From Squalus acanthias (Eukaryota), in contig CM059432.1 in NCBI GenBank assembly GCA_030390025.1, forward strand, positions 125,614,001-125,678,000: DNA of 64,000 nt, read 5' to 3'. This document shows, one piece after another, positions 39,051-50,387 of this stretch. Within the stretch, counting starts at the first letter, position 1; every line of letters begins with the position of its first letter. Below the pieces are notes generated by a model that saw nothing but the letters and a program-made list of their open reading frames with translations, was not told where the DNA came from and did no database searches. Both the position numbers and the translations under genes were made by a program.

Positions 39051-42000
39051 ACGCAACCCCAATTCCCCATTCACCTACAGTCCCACACCTTACCTTCCCT
39101 CTGTTACGGACCATCACAGCGTCCTCTTGGCCACAATGCTACAATAAAAGCCACCACAAAACAAACATTCCAAACTAACATTATACATCAATCCATCCAA
39201 TATTATATAACAAAGTCAACTAATCACCCTTGTGCATTCCCTTAGTGCCTGTCTTCCGTGTGCCTTTGCCTGTCCCAGTGCTCCTACGCAGTGCTACCCC
39301 AGTGGCTGCAGCATGGCTGGTGGAAGGCTGCTGGCTTTCAGAGGGGGAGACTACAAATGGCCTTGCAGGACGACCTTGAGTAACTCTAGGCCTAGAAGGC
39401 CCAGCTTTAGACTGCACCACCTCGCATGGGCGGCAGCCGTCTGGGCTGGCTGGCTGACAGGCAGCGACAAGGGCACTGGCGGAGTGCCAGTGGTGGGAGC
39501 AGGAATGCTGTCATCCTGAGAGAGGACAGCAGGGTCCTGCTCCACAGACCCACTGCCACTCCTCCGGGGCAGCATCTCAGCATCCCTAGCAATCTGTTGG
39601 AGGATAGATTGCTGGCCTGTTGTGACACCTTGCAAGCCTCGTTCGACAGTGGTAAGCCTAGCCATGATGGCAGCGGTCTGAGCTTGGGTGGCAGCAAGCT
39701 GAGACTGCAGGATAGTGGTCTGCGCTTCCACTGCAGCACTGAGACATTGGGTCGCTTCCGCCTGTGCTGCAATGGAAGCTGCGACATTGCCCATCACCTG
39801 CAGCATCATGTCTGGTTCGACACGGTCTCTCTGGGAGCTTTCCATCATTTCCAGCCTGGAAATCATGGGCTCCAAGCTCTGCGCAAAGCCCCGTCCAATG
39901 TTGGAGCCGGACTCCTCCATGCTCCTTGACATTGCCAAGAGGCTCACTGGCAGACTTGCCATTGCACTGAGCACCTAGCAATTCGGTGTGCATGCTCATC
40001 ACCCTTCTTTTGAAGTCCGCCCCATTGAGTCGTGTGCAAGGGCACTGGCGGTCATCCTGAGAGAGGACAGCAGGTTTGTGCTCCATGGAGCCACTGCCAC
40101 TCTCACGGGGCAGCGTCTCAGCAATCCTAGTAATCCATTCGAGGACAGATTGCTGGTCTGCTGTGACAGCCTGGAAGCCCCTTTCAACACTGGTAACTGC
40201 AGCCATGATGGCAGCAGCCTGAGCTTGCATGGCAACAAGCTGAGCTTGCATGACTTCAGTCCGCACTTCCATTGCAGCATTCAGATGCTGGGTGGCTGCT
40301 GCTTGTGCTGCAATGGAAGCTGAGACATTGGCCATCAGACGCTGCATCATGGTTGGGGCCACAAGTGCGCTAATGGAGTTGGCTGCCACTTCCATGCTGG
40401 AAAGGATGGGCTCCAAGCTCTGCACAAAGCCCTGTGCAAGGTTGGTGTCAGACTCCTCCATGTTCCTTGACATTGCACTCAGGCTTTCTGGCAGGCCTGA
40501 CAAAGCACCAAGCATTTCATTCTGCATACCCATCAGCCTTCTTCTGTAGCTCGCCCCTTCGAAGTCCTCATCTGAGTCCTCGGCAGCAGATCTCGTGTGC
40601 GACCTCGTCCTCCGGGGAGCTGGCACCTCCACCACCCGTCCCCCTGCCCTGGCTGCAGGCCACTCGTGCCCGGTGTTTCACCACGTGCAGGTCCCGCGTC
40701 TAACCTATCCTCTAAATTATGCGCAGTGTCAGTATCTGAGCTGTTGGCTGCGAGTGTGAAATCAAGTGACGGTGCATCTTCTGCATCACTTCCTTCTTCC
40801 TTTTGCACTTACTGCTCCTCCACCACTGCCTGGGCAGGTTGCAGTTCTTGGGTATCTGAAAGGAGAAAGGCAGAAGGGTAGGTTGTGGTGAGGGGAGGGG
40901 GGGAAGCAAGAGGTGCATGCTTACACCATCTGCAGCTTGTAGGTCAGAAGAGATTGTGGGACTAGGAGAAAGTGGGATATGAGAAGGAGGATTAGGTCTG
41001 AGGATACCATCATCTTGTATTGTTTCAGCCCTGCCGCTGGCCACGGGCTGAGCGATGCCCGCTGCAATTATCTCCAGCACCGTCTCCTCCATGGGGGTTA
41101 GGTCATGCAGACATGCCTGTCTCCCTGCGGTTAGCCCCTGCTGCCTCTGGTTATGAGCCACCTTGTCCTGCAAGAGAAAGGGAAGTGTGTCAGTGAGTGT
41201 GGCGCAATGTGTTTGGGTGATGTGCCTGTCATGGTTGAATAGCTGGCAGTACGTGCAAGCTCTGAGATGTGGGTGTGAGGCTTGCAGCAGTGGTAAGTGT
41301 GTGAGGGGGAGGTGAAGCTATGAATGTGAGGTGTAAGTCCTGCTGGATAGAGATTGTTGGTAGGTGAGTGATGGAGGTATGGTACATTGAGCAGTGTGTG
41401 AGGCTAGTGGTACAGCTGGTGGGATATGACATTTGAAGATGAATTCACTGACCTTGACCACTCGTGTGAGGTCATTAAACTTCTTCCTGCACTGCATCCA
41501 GGTCCTCGGGGCTACACTGCTGGCATTGACAGCGATGGCTATCTGCTCCCATTCCCTTCTCAGTGTGTGTCTGGAGGGCCTATTGGCCCCCTATGGATAG
41601 GGGACACTTCTCCTCCTGTCCACTTCCTGCACCTTCTTCTTCTTAGGCAGTCCCTCGGAACCAAGGATGACTTGCTTCCACATTAAAAATGAGTTCTCAG
41701 GTGACTGATGAGTCCAATGCAGGACCTACAGTCTCTGTCACAGGTGGGGCAGACGGTGGTTGAAGGGGCGGGTGGGTGGGGTGCTTGGGTTGACGTGCGC
41801 TCCTTCCGCTGTTTGCGCTTTGCTTCCGCTTGCTCCCGGCGAAGAGACTCGAGGTGTTCGGCGCCTTCCCGGATGCTTCTCCTCCACTTTGTGCGGTCTT
41901 GGGCCAGGGATTCCCAGGTGTCGGTGGGGATGTTGCACTTTTTCAAGGAGGCTTTGAGGGTGTCCTTGAAGCGTTTCCTCTGCCCACCTGGGGCTCTCTT

Positions 42001-44822
42001 GCCGTGTTGGAGCTCTGAGTAGAGTGCTTGTTTTGGGAGTCTCGTATTAGGCATGCGGACGATGTGGCCCGTCCATCGGAGCTGATTGAGCGTGGTCAAA
42101 GCTTCGATGCTGGCCTGAGCGAGAACACTGACGTTGGTGCGCCTATCCTGCCAATGGATTTGCAGGATCTTGCGGAGGCAGCGTTGGTGGTACCTCTCCA
42201 GTGCTTTGAGGTGCCTGCTGTACATGGTCCATGTTTCTGAAGCATACAGGAGGGTGGGTATCACTACTGCTCTGTAGACCATGAGCTTGGTGCTGGGTTT
42301 GAGGTCCTGGTCTTCAAACACTCTCTTCCTCAGGCGACCGAAGGCTGCACTGGCACACTGAAGGCGGTGTTGGACTTCGTCATCGACGTCTGTCCTTGTT
42401 GACAGTAAGCTCCCGAGGTATGGAAAGTGGTCCATGTTGCCCAAGGCCTCGTCATGGATTTTGATAATCGGGGAGCAGTACTGTGTGGCGGGGGCAGGTT
42501 GGTAGAGGACTTTTGTCTTACTGATGTTTAGTGTAAGGCCCATGCTCTTGTACGCTTCGGTGAAGGTGTTGATGATGGTTTGGAGTTCGACCTCAGAGTG
42601 TGCGCAGATGCAAGCGTCGTCTGCATACTGTAATTTGATGACAGAGAATGGGACGACCTTGGATCTGGACTGGAGGCGACGGAGGTTGAACAGTTTCCCG
42701 TTTGTTCTGTATATTAGCTCCACTCCAGCGGGGAGTTTACTGAGGGTGAGATGGAGCATTGCAGCCAGGAAGATCGAGAAGAGCATTGGTGCGATGACAC
42801 AGCCTTGCTTGACCCTGGCCCGTACGTGAATTGGGTCTGTGGTGGATCCGTTGGTCAGGATCACGGCTTGTATGTCGTCGTGAAGCAGGCAGAGGATGGT
42901 GACATATTTGAGGGCAGCCGAATTTGAGGAGGACACTCCATAATCCCTCACGGATGACAGTATTGAAGACCTTTGTGAGGTCAAAGAAGGCCATGTATAG
43001 CGGTTGGTGCTGTTCCCTGCATTTCTCTTGTAGTTGATGCGCGGTGAAGATCATGTCCATTATGCCCCTTAGTGGGCGGAATCCGCATTGCGACTCTGGG
43101 AGGAGCTCTTCAGCCACTGGGAGAAGGCGATTGAGGAGGATTCTTGCGATGACTTTCCCTATGGCAGACAGCAGGGAGACTCCTCTGTAATTACCACAAT
43201 CGGACTTGTCACCTTTCTTGAAGATGGTCACGATTACGGCGTCTCTGAAATCCCCAGGCATGTTCTCCTCTTTCCAAATAAAAGAAATGACTTCATGAAT
43301 TCGCGCCAATAGTGCTTCTCCGCCATGTTTTAGTGCCTCGACGGGGATTCCATCTGCTCCTGAGGCCTTGTTGTTCTTCAGTTGTCGGATGGCCTTTTCA
43401 ACCTCATGCCGCGCTGGGGTTGTGCTGAGGTGGTGGCGGGTGGCATGCTGCGGGATGGAGTTGAGGACACTCACGTCGAAGACAGAGTCTCGGTTAAGGA
43501 GATCTTCGAAGTGCTCCTTCCAGCGGGCACTGACTGCCTCTCTGTCCTTGATGAGTACCTCTCCGTTCTTGGCCCGCAGTGGGGTAGGACCTTGGGTGCT
43601 TGGGCCGTAGGTGGTCTTGACTGCGCTAAAGAATCCACGCACATCGTGGTTGTCGGCTAGCTGCTGGATCTCCTGCGCTTTCTCCACCCACCATCTGTTC
43701 TTTAGGTCGCGAGTTTTTTGTTGGACCTCGGCGTTCTGGCGTCTGTAGAGCTGCTTTCTTGCTCTCAAAAATGAGCCATAAAAAATGAGCTAGTTGAACG
43801 TCTCAGAGACTCCCCTTGTGGAATAAACAAACGCCTCATGACTCTACGGCTCACCCTAGCCCGGAACCAGTGCGCTACGGTCATCAGTGCGTACGCCCCA
43901 ACACTGGAAGCCACAGATGAGACCAAAGAGGAATTCTACTCCAGCCTCGAACAATCCCTGTCCCGAGTCCCAACGGACGACAAGCTGTTCCTCCTTGGCG
44001 ACTTTAACACCAGAGTTGGAAAGGACACAGACCTCTGGGGAGGTGTGATCGGCAGAGAGGGGGTAGGGAAAGCCAACTCCAATGGTACCCTCCTCCTGAT
44101 TAAATGCTTAGAATATGGCCTTGTCATAACCAACACCTTGTTCCGTCAGAGAGACAAGTACAAGGCTTCATGGCAACATCCTCGCTCCAAGCACTGGCAT
44201 CTGCTGGACTACGTCATCGTCTGAGCGAGGGACCGCAAGGACATCCGCATCACCCGCGCCATGACAGGAGCTGACGACTGCTGGACAGACCACCGCCTAA
44301 TCCGCTCTGTCATCTCCATCAACATAGCCCCAAAACAGCAGCGGCAACAGAAGCAATGCTGCAGGAAAATCAACGCTGGAGCACTCAAAGACCCTGCTAA
44401 GAAAGCCCCATTCAGCCTGCGCCTCACAACCAACCGACGACTCCCAGTGATTCAGAGACACAGAGGGGTAGAAATTAGGTCGCGCCCCATTTGGGGCGCA
44501 AATATCGTCTGGACGCAAATATTAGCGCCTGGCGCTAATTATCGGCACTGACTGGAAACTTCACTTTTACCGCCCCGGGAGGTGAGTGGAGCGCTAAAGC
44601 AGGCGCTGCACACCTGTCTTAAGGCGCAAAGGCCAAGGAGTGAGGCGCTAACTCAGCGCGCGAGCGCAGCGCAGCTGCTGCCAGTTAGCGAGGGAACACA
44701 GACACACTGGCGCCGGCCACTTCTTAAAGCGGGGGGGGCCACTTGCTCCCCAGCCACACCCTGCTCATTGCAGCCTTGAATCTCGGCCTGGAGAGACCTG
44801 TGAATCCATTTTGCTGCCAAGC

Positions 44823-46699
44823 ATGGAGAGGGTGAGAGAACGCGCTCATCGCTTCACCGAGCGGGCCTTGGATGCTCTGGTTGGCGCAGTGGAGCGCAGA
44901 CGATGTATGCTCTTCCCTGAGAGTGGCAGGAGGCCTTTGCCACGCGAGTTCAGAAGAGTGTGGAGGGAGGTGGCTCAGAGCGTCTCCTCCAGGAGCATGG
45001 TGCCCAGGACCCATACTCAATGCCGCAAAAAGTTCAACGACCTCACTCGGGTCGTCAGGGTGAGTGGCTTTTTCTCAATACCTCTCCATCCCTCCATCTC
45101 AACCTCACTCTATGGCCAGAGGGTCTTAAAACCCCAATGCACAACACTCATCCAACACCTATGGCCCTTTCATCAAACACACACACACATTCCACACTTT
45201 GCATACAGTAAGGGCTATTCACCTATGGGAGGCACATCAGGCAAGACCATGGCTGCATACAGTAAGGGCTATTCACCTATGGGAGGCACATCAGGCAAGA
45301 CCATGGCTGTATATTGTAAGGGCTATTCACCTATGGGAGGCACATCAGGCAAGACCATGGCTGTATATTTACTCAGATGCTGTCCTTTTTCTTGCAGGCC
45401 AAGCTGGCTCATACTAGGAGACAGCAGCAACGGACAGGTGGAGGGCGGCCTCAGCTGCAACCCCTCAGCGATCTTGAGGAGCGCGTCCACAGGATTGTGG
45501 CAAGCCGGGTGATCGGTCCCGTCGCCACTGGAGACGCCGACCCCGTTCTGGACAGCAATGGTAAGGTCATCACCTTTTTGTCCTCTGTCCTTCCACTTGT
45601 CCCTCACAACACCAGCCTTTGACACTTTCAATCCAACTTGCTAACTCGCTGCACTTATTCCTCCCTTACTGCCACCCTGTCCTCACGCTAAAGCCACTCT
45701 TGTACCTCCCTGCTTTCAGATGGTGATTCACCAGCTGAGGAGACGGGCCCTGAAGCTGCCACTGGGAGTGATGCTGCAGCTGAGGAGGAAGAGGAAGCCA
45801 GAGCATCAGTGCCACCCTCTCCCGAGGAAGCCCATGCCCACACTGGGAAAACGCCTTCCCTGGAGGGGAGCAGGGGGGAAGGGGCTGATGAGGGTGAAGC
45901 TCCAGGACCCAGCGGGCTGCAGCAACGCCATGGGGGGGGTAGGGAAGAACGGGGGCCTTCTCCCCAGAGGGAGAGTATGCCAGACACTCCTACTGCAATG
46001 GACGCAGAGGAGGAGCGGCTGATCGCAGAAATGAACACCCAGGCGGTGGGCATGCACACTGAGCTCATGGGTGCAGTGGGAAGGGTGCCCGAATGCATTG
46101 AGTCATTGGCAAGGAGTGTGGAGCACTTCGCTGTAGCACAGGCGGATGCCACACTAACGCTTAGTGCTGCAATTCAGTCACTGGCTGCCGTGATCCCATC
46201 TCTGACTGCTCTCATGCAGACTCAGATTGAGGCCACGCGAGCACAGACTGCTGCCAACCTCGATGGTTCGTGCACATGTCCCCGGGGCTGTCACCGCGCC
46301 GCAGCAGGCCAGCAATCTGTTCTCCGGCAGATTGCTCCGGATGCTGAAGTGCTGCCCCGTGGGAGTGCCAGTGTGTCGGGCGAGCAGGGAGTTGCTGTCC
46401 TCTCTCACGATGACAGCATTCCTGCTGCCAACACTGTCACTTCTCCACTGCACTTGCCACCGCCTGTAGGACAGACTGCTGCCGCCCATGCAGAGTTGGT
46501 GCAGTCTGCAGCCGGGCCCTCCAGGCCCAGAAGTGGTCGAGGCCGTCCTTCAGGGGCATCTGCAGTGTCAGGGTCTGACGAGCAGCAGCCTTCCACCAGC
46601 CTTGCTGCAGCCACTGAGGTCCCATTACGGAGGAGCAGTAGGGTTAGAAGGGGGGAAGTGCGCAAGGGAAGGAGATCACCCTCGAAGGGCAAAAAGTAG
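44823..46699 (+). CDS. Harbinger Myb/SANT(trihelix)-like DNA-binding protein, predicted 459 aa; exons 44823-45059, 45398-45560, 45720-46699
   Basis: GT-AG introns (gtgagt/ttgcag; gtaagg/tttcag) in phases 0 and 1 give a 1380-nt open frame. Motifs RF..AL..LV..V, W..VA, RT..QCRKKFNDL and RTGGG, with a basic C-terminus. The same exon layout occurs in copies 1, 3 and 4. Confidence 0.85.
45201..45362. repeat. 54-bp tandem repeat x3 in Myb intron 1
   Basis: gcatacagtaagggctattcacctatgggaggcacatcaggcaagaccatggct occurs three times. Confidence 0.95.
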
Positions 46700-46993
46700 G
46701 AGGTGTCACAAAATGCTGGTCATTTTTTTATTAAAGGCCGAGGTTCATGGTCCAACTTTTGTTTAGTGTTTTGGACATTATCTCCAGGTTGTGAGAACCA
46801 GTTATGTTATTAACTGTTTTTTTGTGTTTATTTCTATGAGTTTGTCATGAGGAATTGACACACACAGAGTTTGTAAAATAAATAAGTTTCTGTATTCAAA
46901 ATATACATGGTTGGTGGTTGGAATTATTGGTGCCTTGGCCGGCTTAGGGGTTGCGTGCTGGGTTGATTAATGTTGGTAGCAATGGCAGGGGCC

Positions 46994-48145
46994 CTAGAAG
47001 CGGCTTGCTATTAGCCGTTGACGGACGGCCCTTGCAGTTTGACCATTGTGGGCCGCCCTCCTGCCTTGGTGCTGCTGATGATCATCGTCCTCGTCCTCTT
47101 CCTCCTCCTCCTCTGGTGGTGCTCCAAGGCCTGGTGGCATTGGCTGGGTCCTGAGGATTGCCATGTTATGCAACATGCAGCACACGACTACGAAGTTCGA
47201 TACTCGCTCAGGCGAGTACTGCAGGGCTCCTCCGGAATGGTCCAGACAGCGGAACCGTTGCTTGAGCACGCCGATTGTGCGCTCAATAATGTTCCTGGTT
47301 GCTTGATGGCTCTCATTGTACCGCAGCTCAGCAGGGGTGTTGGGCGTACGGAGCGGTGTCATCAGCCAGGTGCTCAATGCATACCCCTTGTCCCCGAGAA
47401 GCCAACCAACTGGCTGATGCGGTGCCTCGAAAAGTTCTGCCACAGTAGTCTGGCGCAGGATAAAAGCATCGTGGCAGCTGCCAGGATACTGGGCATTGAC
47501 AGCGAGTATCAGCTGTCTGTGGTCACAGACCAACTGGACATTCAAGGAATGGAACCCCTTTCTGTTCCTGAATTCCTCGGCATTCTCACGCGGAGCACGC
47601 AAAGCCACATGCGTGCAGTCAATGGCGCCCTGCACCATGGGGAAGCCCGCTACCCTCGCAAAGCCCAGAGCGCGGTCACGCTGCTTGTCTGGGGTCATGG
47701 GGAAAGAGATGAACTCTCGTCTCCTTCTGAAGAGGGCATTTGTGACCTGCCGGATGCAGCAATGCACCGCGAACTGGGAGATATTGGCGAGGTCCCCAGC
47801 AGCAGCTTGGAATGAGCCAGTGGCGTAAAAGTTCAAAGCCACTGTGACCTTCACTGCCACCGACAGAGACGTCCTGGACCTCAGTTGAGGCTGCAGATCT
47901 GGCTGCAGCAGATGGCAGAGCTCAGTGACCACCTCCTTGCTGAATCGCAGCCTTCGCAAACACAGCTCCTCGGACATATGGATGTAGGAGAGCTGTTCAC
48001 GATATACCCTGGGAGGGTAAGCTCTCCTGTACATACGCCTGATGGCCCTCCTCCGTCTGGCCATCATTGCCACTCTCTCTCTGCGTCTCTGTATCCTCCG
48101 ATTCAGCTGGAGCAGGAGGACGCCCCCAATCAGTGCAGCCCCCAT
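46994..48145 (-). CDS. Harbinger DDE transposase (HARBI1-like), 383 aa, intact
   Basis: From ATG 48145 (MGAALIGG): GAIDCTH, NRKGFHSLNVQ, YPGSCHDA, LLGDKGY, RNIIERTIGVLKQRFRCL, CCMLHN and an acidic tail. No stops. Confidence 0.93.
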   Translation of the reverse strand: MGAALIGGVLLLQLNRRIQRRRERVAMMARRRRAIRRMYRRAYPPRVYREQLSYIHMSEELCLRRLRFSKEVVTELCHLLQPDLQPQLRSRTSLSVAVKVTVALNFYATGSFQAAAGDLANISQFAVHCCIRQVTNALFRRRREFISFPMTPDKQRDRALGFARVAGFPMVQGAIDCTHVALRAPRENAEEFRNRKGFHSLNVQLVCDHRQLILAVNAQYPGSCHDAFILRQTTVAELFEAPHQPVGWLLGDKGYALSTWLMTPLRTPNTPAELRYNESHQATRNIIERTIGVLKQRFRCLDHSGGALQYSPERVSNFVVVCCMLHNMAILRTQPMPPGLGAPPEEEEEEDEDDDHQQHQGRRAAHNGQTARAVRQRLIASRF

Positions 48146-49644
48146 ATTCTCTTTGCAAGCAAAGTAATGAGGGACAGCAACTAAAGTAGCAGCAAAGTTA
48201 GGATCAATAGGCAAAACTACCTCACAAAGCGTTGAGTCAATGTAGAAGTCTCTCACTCTCTCTCTCCGAATCTCTCTCTCTCTCTCAGAACGAGTGGTGC
48301 ATAAATGTCGACCATAGAAAAAGACAGGAAGAGGCCCCCTTTAAATAGCGCCCCCCCCAGCCCCACAGCGATTGATAGCGTTCCAGTCTTCCGGTCGTTG
48401 GAAGCGCCAGGCGGTAAGGCAGGGGGCGCCACTCAATTTCCGCTCTGGGGCGCCACAAGGGCGTTGCACCATGGAATGACGTCACAATCTGCACGCGCAG
48501 GTGGTCGCAGCGGTAAGTTTTAGCGCCGCCGCACAATCTCAAGTTAAGTTCTCGAGCGGCGCAAACATCGCTGCGCCCGGGCGTTAGCGGCTTTGCGCCC
48601 CATTAGCGCCCTCTTAAGGCGCTAACGGGAGGCGCAACCAACTGAATTTTTACCCCAGAGTGTCCACAGCGCCTGGTCTGTACTCAAGGCCCCCATAATC
48701 AGCACCTGTGAAGAGACGCTCGGTCACTCGACCAGGAAACACCAAGACTGGTTCGACGAGAACGACCAGGAGATCCAGGAGCTAATAAGCCGCAAGCGCA
48801 AGGCATTCCTGATCTGGAAACAGCAACAGAACTCGAGAGCAAGAAAGCAACTCTACAGATGCCTGAAGGCCGAGGTCCAACAAAAAAACTTCCTGCACCA
48901 GGGCCTCGAGTGCTGCATCAGGAAATCTGTGAGCCCTCTCTCTGCCCTGTTGTGCCATCTTCACTCTTCCTGTAGGTCACACACTCCTCTACAATGACTT
49001 CAGTTACCTGCCGCAGCTAGTATGCACCTCCCCTTTAAGAGGTGCAGGTTGGATTTAAGAAGTGCAGGCTAGCTTTAATTGGCGCTAGCCTTGCACGAAT
49101 TTGGGCCCACTGCTAGGGATGCAGCCATTCAACAGTGCATTCAACGCTGGGCTGCACGCTGCTGTCATTTAAATTAGTAGGCAGCACGAAGTTTGCGTGC
49201 TGCCTGCATCGGAAGGAACGGACGCGGGGCAGTCGCGCATCGCGATATCCGCGCTCGTTTTCGGGCTTTATCAAATTTCTAGGCCATGGTGTCAAAACAG
49301 CAGCTCTGTAATCAGTAGTTTTTCTGGGAGCCATTAGCTCCTGAACCTACTGTTATTAGAGGAAATTTGAGTCCAGTGGTCTCTGACATTCACTGCATGA
49401 AACTTGCATTGTTGTGCCCTCTTCAGATGCAGTCAGGTGCAGACACCAGAAAAGCCAGATGTTTGGGTGCGGTCCTATTCAGGACCAAAATCTCACTAAA
49501 GGATTAGTGCTCATTTTTCCTCTGGATTGTACTTGTTTTTGTGAGGCACTATTTGGGAGTACAGCAGAGGAGAATTGGTCCTTTAATGCCAAATGATACC
49601 TGAGCACAACTTTTTCACCCAAGTGGTGCAGTTTATACTCAATA

Positions 49645-50350
49645 GGCTGAATCCTAACTCCCAAAAACGGGTGGGTTGGTGTCGGGTCAGAGGTTAAAAT
49701 TCAAAAAATTCAGTAACAGGGACCCAACCCGCTTCGAACCCGCCCACTTCCGGTTTTAACGGAGCCGGGACGAGGGGCGGGCGACCAATCCACCCGTGGG
49801 AGGCGGGTTGGTTATTTAAATATTATAATGAGGCTGCGTGCCTTCATTTTAACAGTGATTCTATTTTTAACTCATGTCGACCGGGTTTGGGAAACCCAGC
49901 AGGTGAAAGTAGGCGAGAAGAGTTGAATCTAAAGGTAAATCTGAAGGTAAAAGTGCCTTTACAGCCCTGCTTGTGGGCCAGGTGGAGCAGGTGTGTTTCC
50001 TCCAGGCACAACAAGCTCCCCAGTAAACTCTCCCGTGACCTCTATGCTCCACCCCCGACCACCATTAGACCCCCCGACCATCGTTGGACTCACCCCCCCC
50101 CGCATGATCGGGAGCACCCGCGATCGCGACCCCTCCCCCCCCCAACTAGGTTTACCTGCTGTCCTCGGCTGCAGCCTTGTGTTGCAGGCTTCCCCGCCCG
50201 ACAGACCTCTAGCCTGTCAATCAGGCTGCCTGCGGGTGAGGAACCAACAGAAAAAAATTTAAAGGAGCCCTGCAATTAAAAGCTGCAGGACTTTCGGGAA
50301 GCCCGTTCTTCCGGGTTTCCCAACCTGAAAACAGCCCCCCACCCCCACCC
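49645..50350. mobile_element. Non-autonomous element related to the left part of 20918-22451
   Basis: Shared blocks cccgccYacttccggttttaacgg and atttaaatattataat.aggctg. Confidence 0.55.
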
Positions 50351-50387
50351 ACCCCACATGGAACACACCTCTGGGCCAAAGTGTCAG

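Larger units (their letters stand above)
44465..48656 (+). mobile_element. PIF/Harbinger transposon, copy 2: apparently intact autonomous element, 4192 bp
   Basis: TIRs ggggtagaaattaggt / ggggtaaaaattcagt, AGA TSD (44462-44464, 48657-48659). Two uninterrupted convergent genes. Confidence 0.95.
41634..48887 (-). mobile_element. RTE-clade LINE with 5' inversion (3' part on minus, 41634-43766; 5' EN part on plus, 43775-44464 and 48657-48887)
   Basis: RT (NYRGVSLL, QCGFR, KQGCVIAP, LQYADD), C-terminal CxxC-H-H, (AAG)n tail and APE endonuclease (SAYAPT, GDFN, LDY, TDH). 12-bp TSD acttcctgcacc at 41622-41633 and 48888-48899. Confidence 0.92.
39220..48958 (-). pseudogene. Harbinger Myb/SANT-like gene; exon 1 split by the RTE insertion, exon 3 partly duplicated
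   Basis: MAQQGRERAHRFPDAALEALVQEV (48958-48888) continues below 41633 to QCRKKFNDLTRVVK. Exon 2 at about 41010-41168, exon 3 at about 39220-40855. Confidence 0.85.
37466..49285 (+). mobile_element. PIF/Harbinger transposon, copy 3 (old; hosts the RTE and copy 2)
   Basis: TIRs ggccgtgaaattcgg / ggcctagaaatttga, flanks ACA / ATG. Convergent transposase and Myb pseudogenes. Confidence 0.82.

Noticed and set aside
44811..45512. 233-aa ORF with YSKGYSPMGGTSGKTMA repeats
   Set aside because: It is read-through into intron 1. The splice sites are conserved in the other copies.
46994..48256. Host domesticated HARBI1 gene (or NAIF1/MSANTD for the Myb ORF)
   Set aside because: It lies between TIRs with a TSD inside a LINE and has several paralogous decayed copies, so it is transposon-borne. 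The first 37 aa of the called ORF precede the likely ATG.
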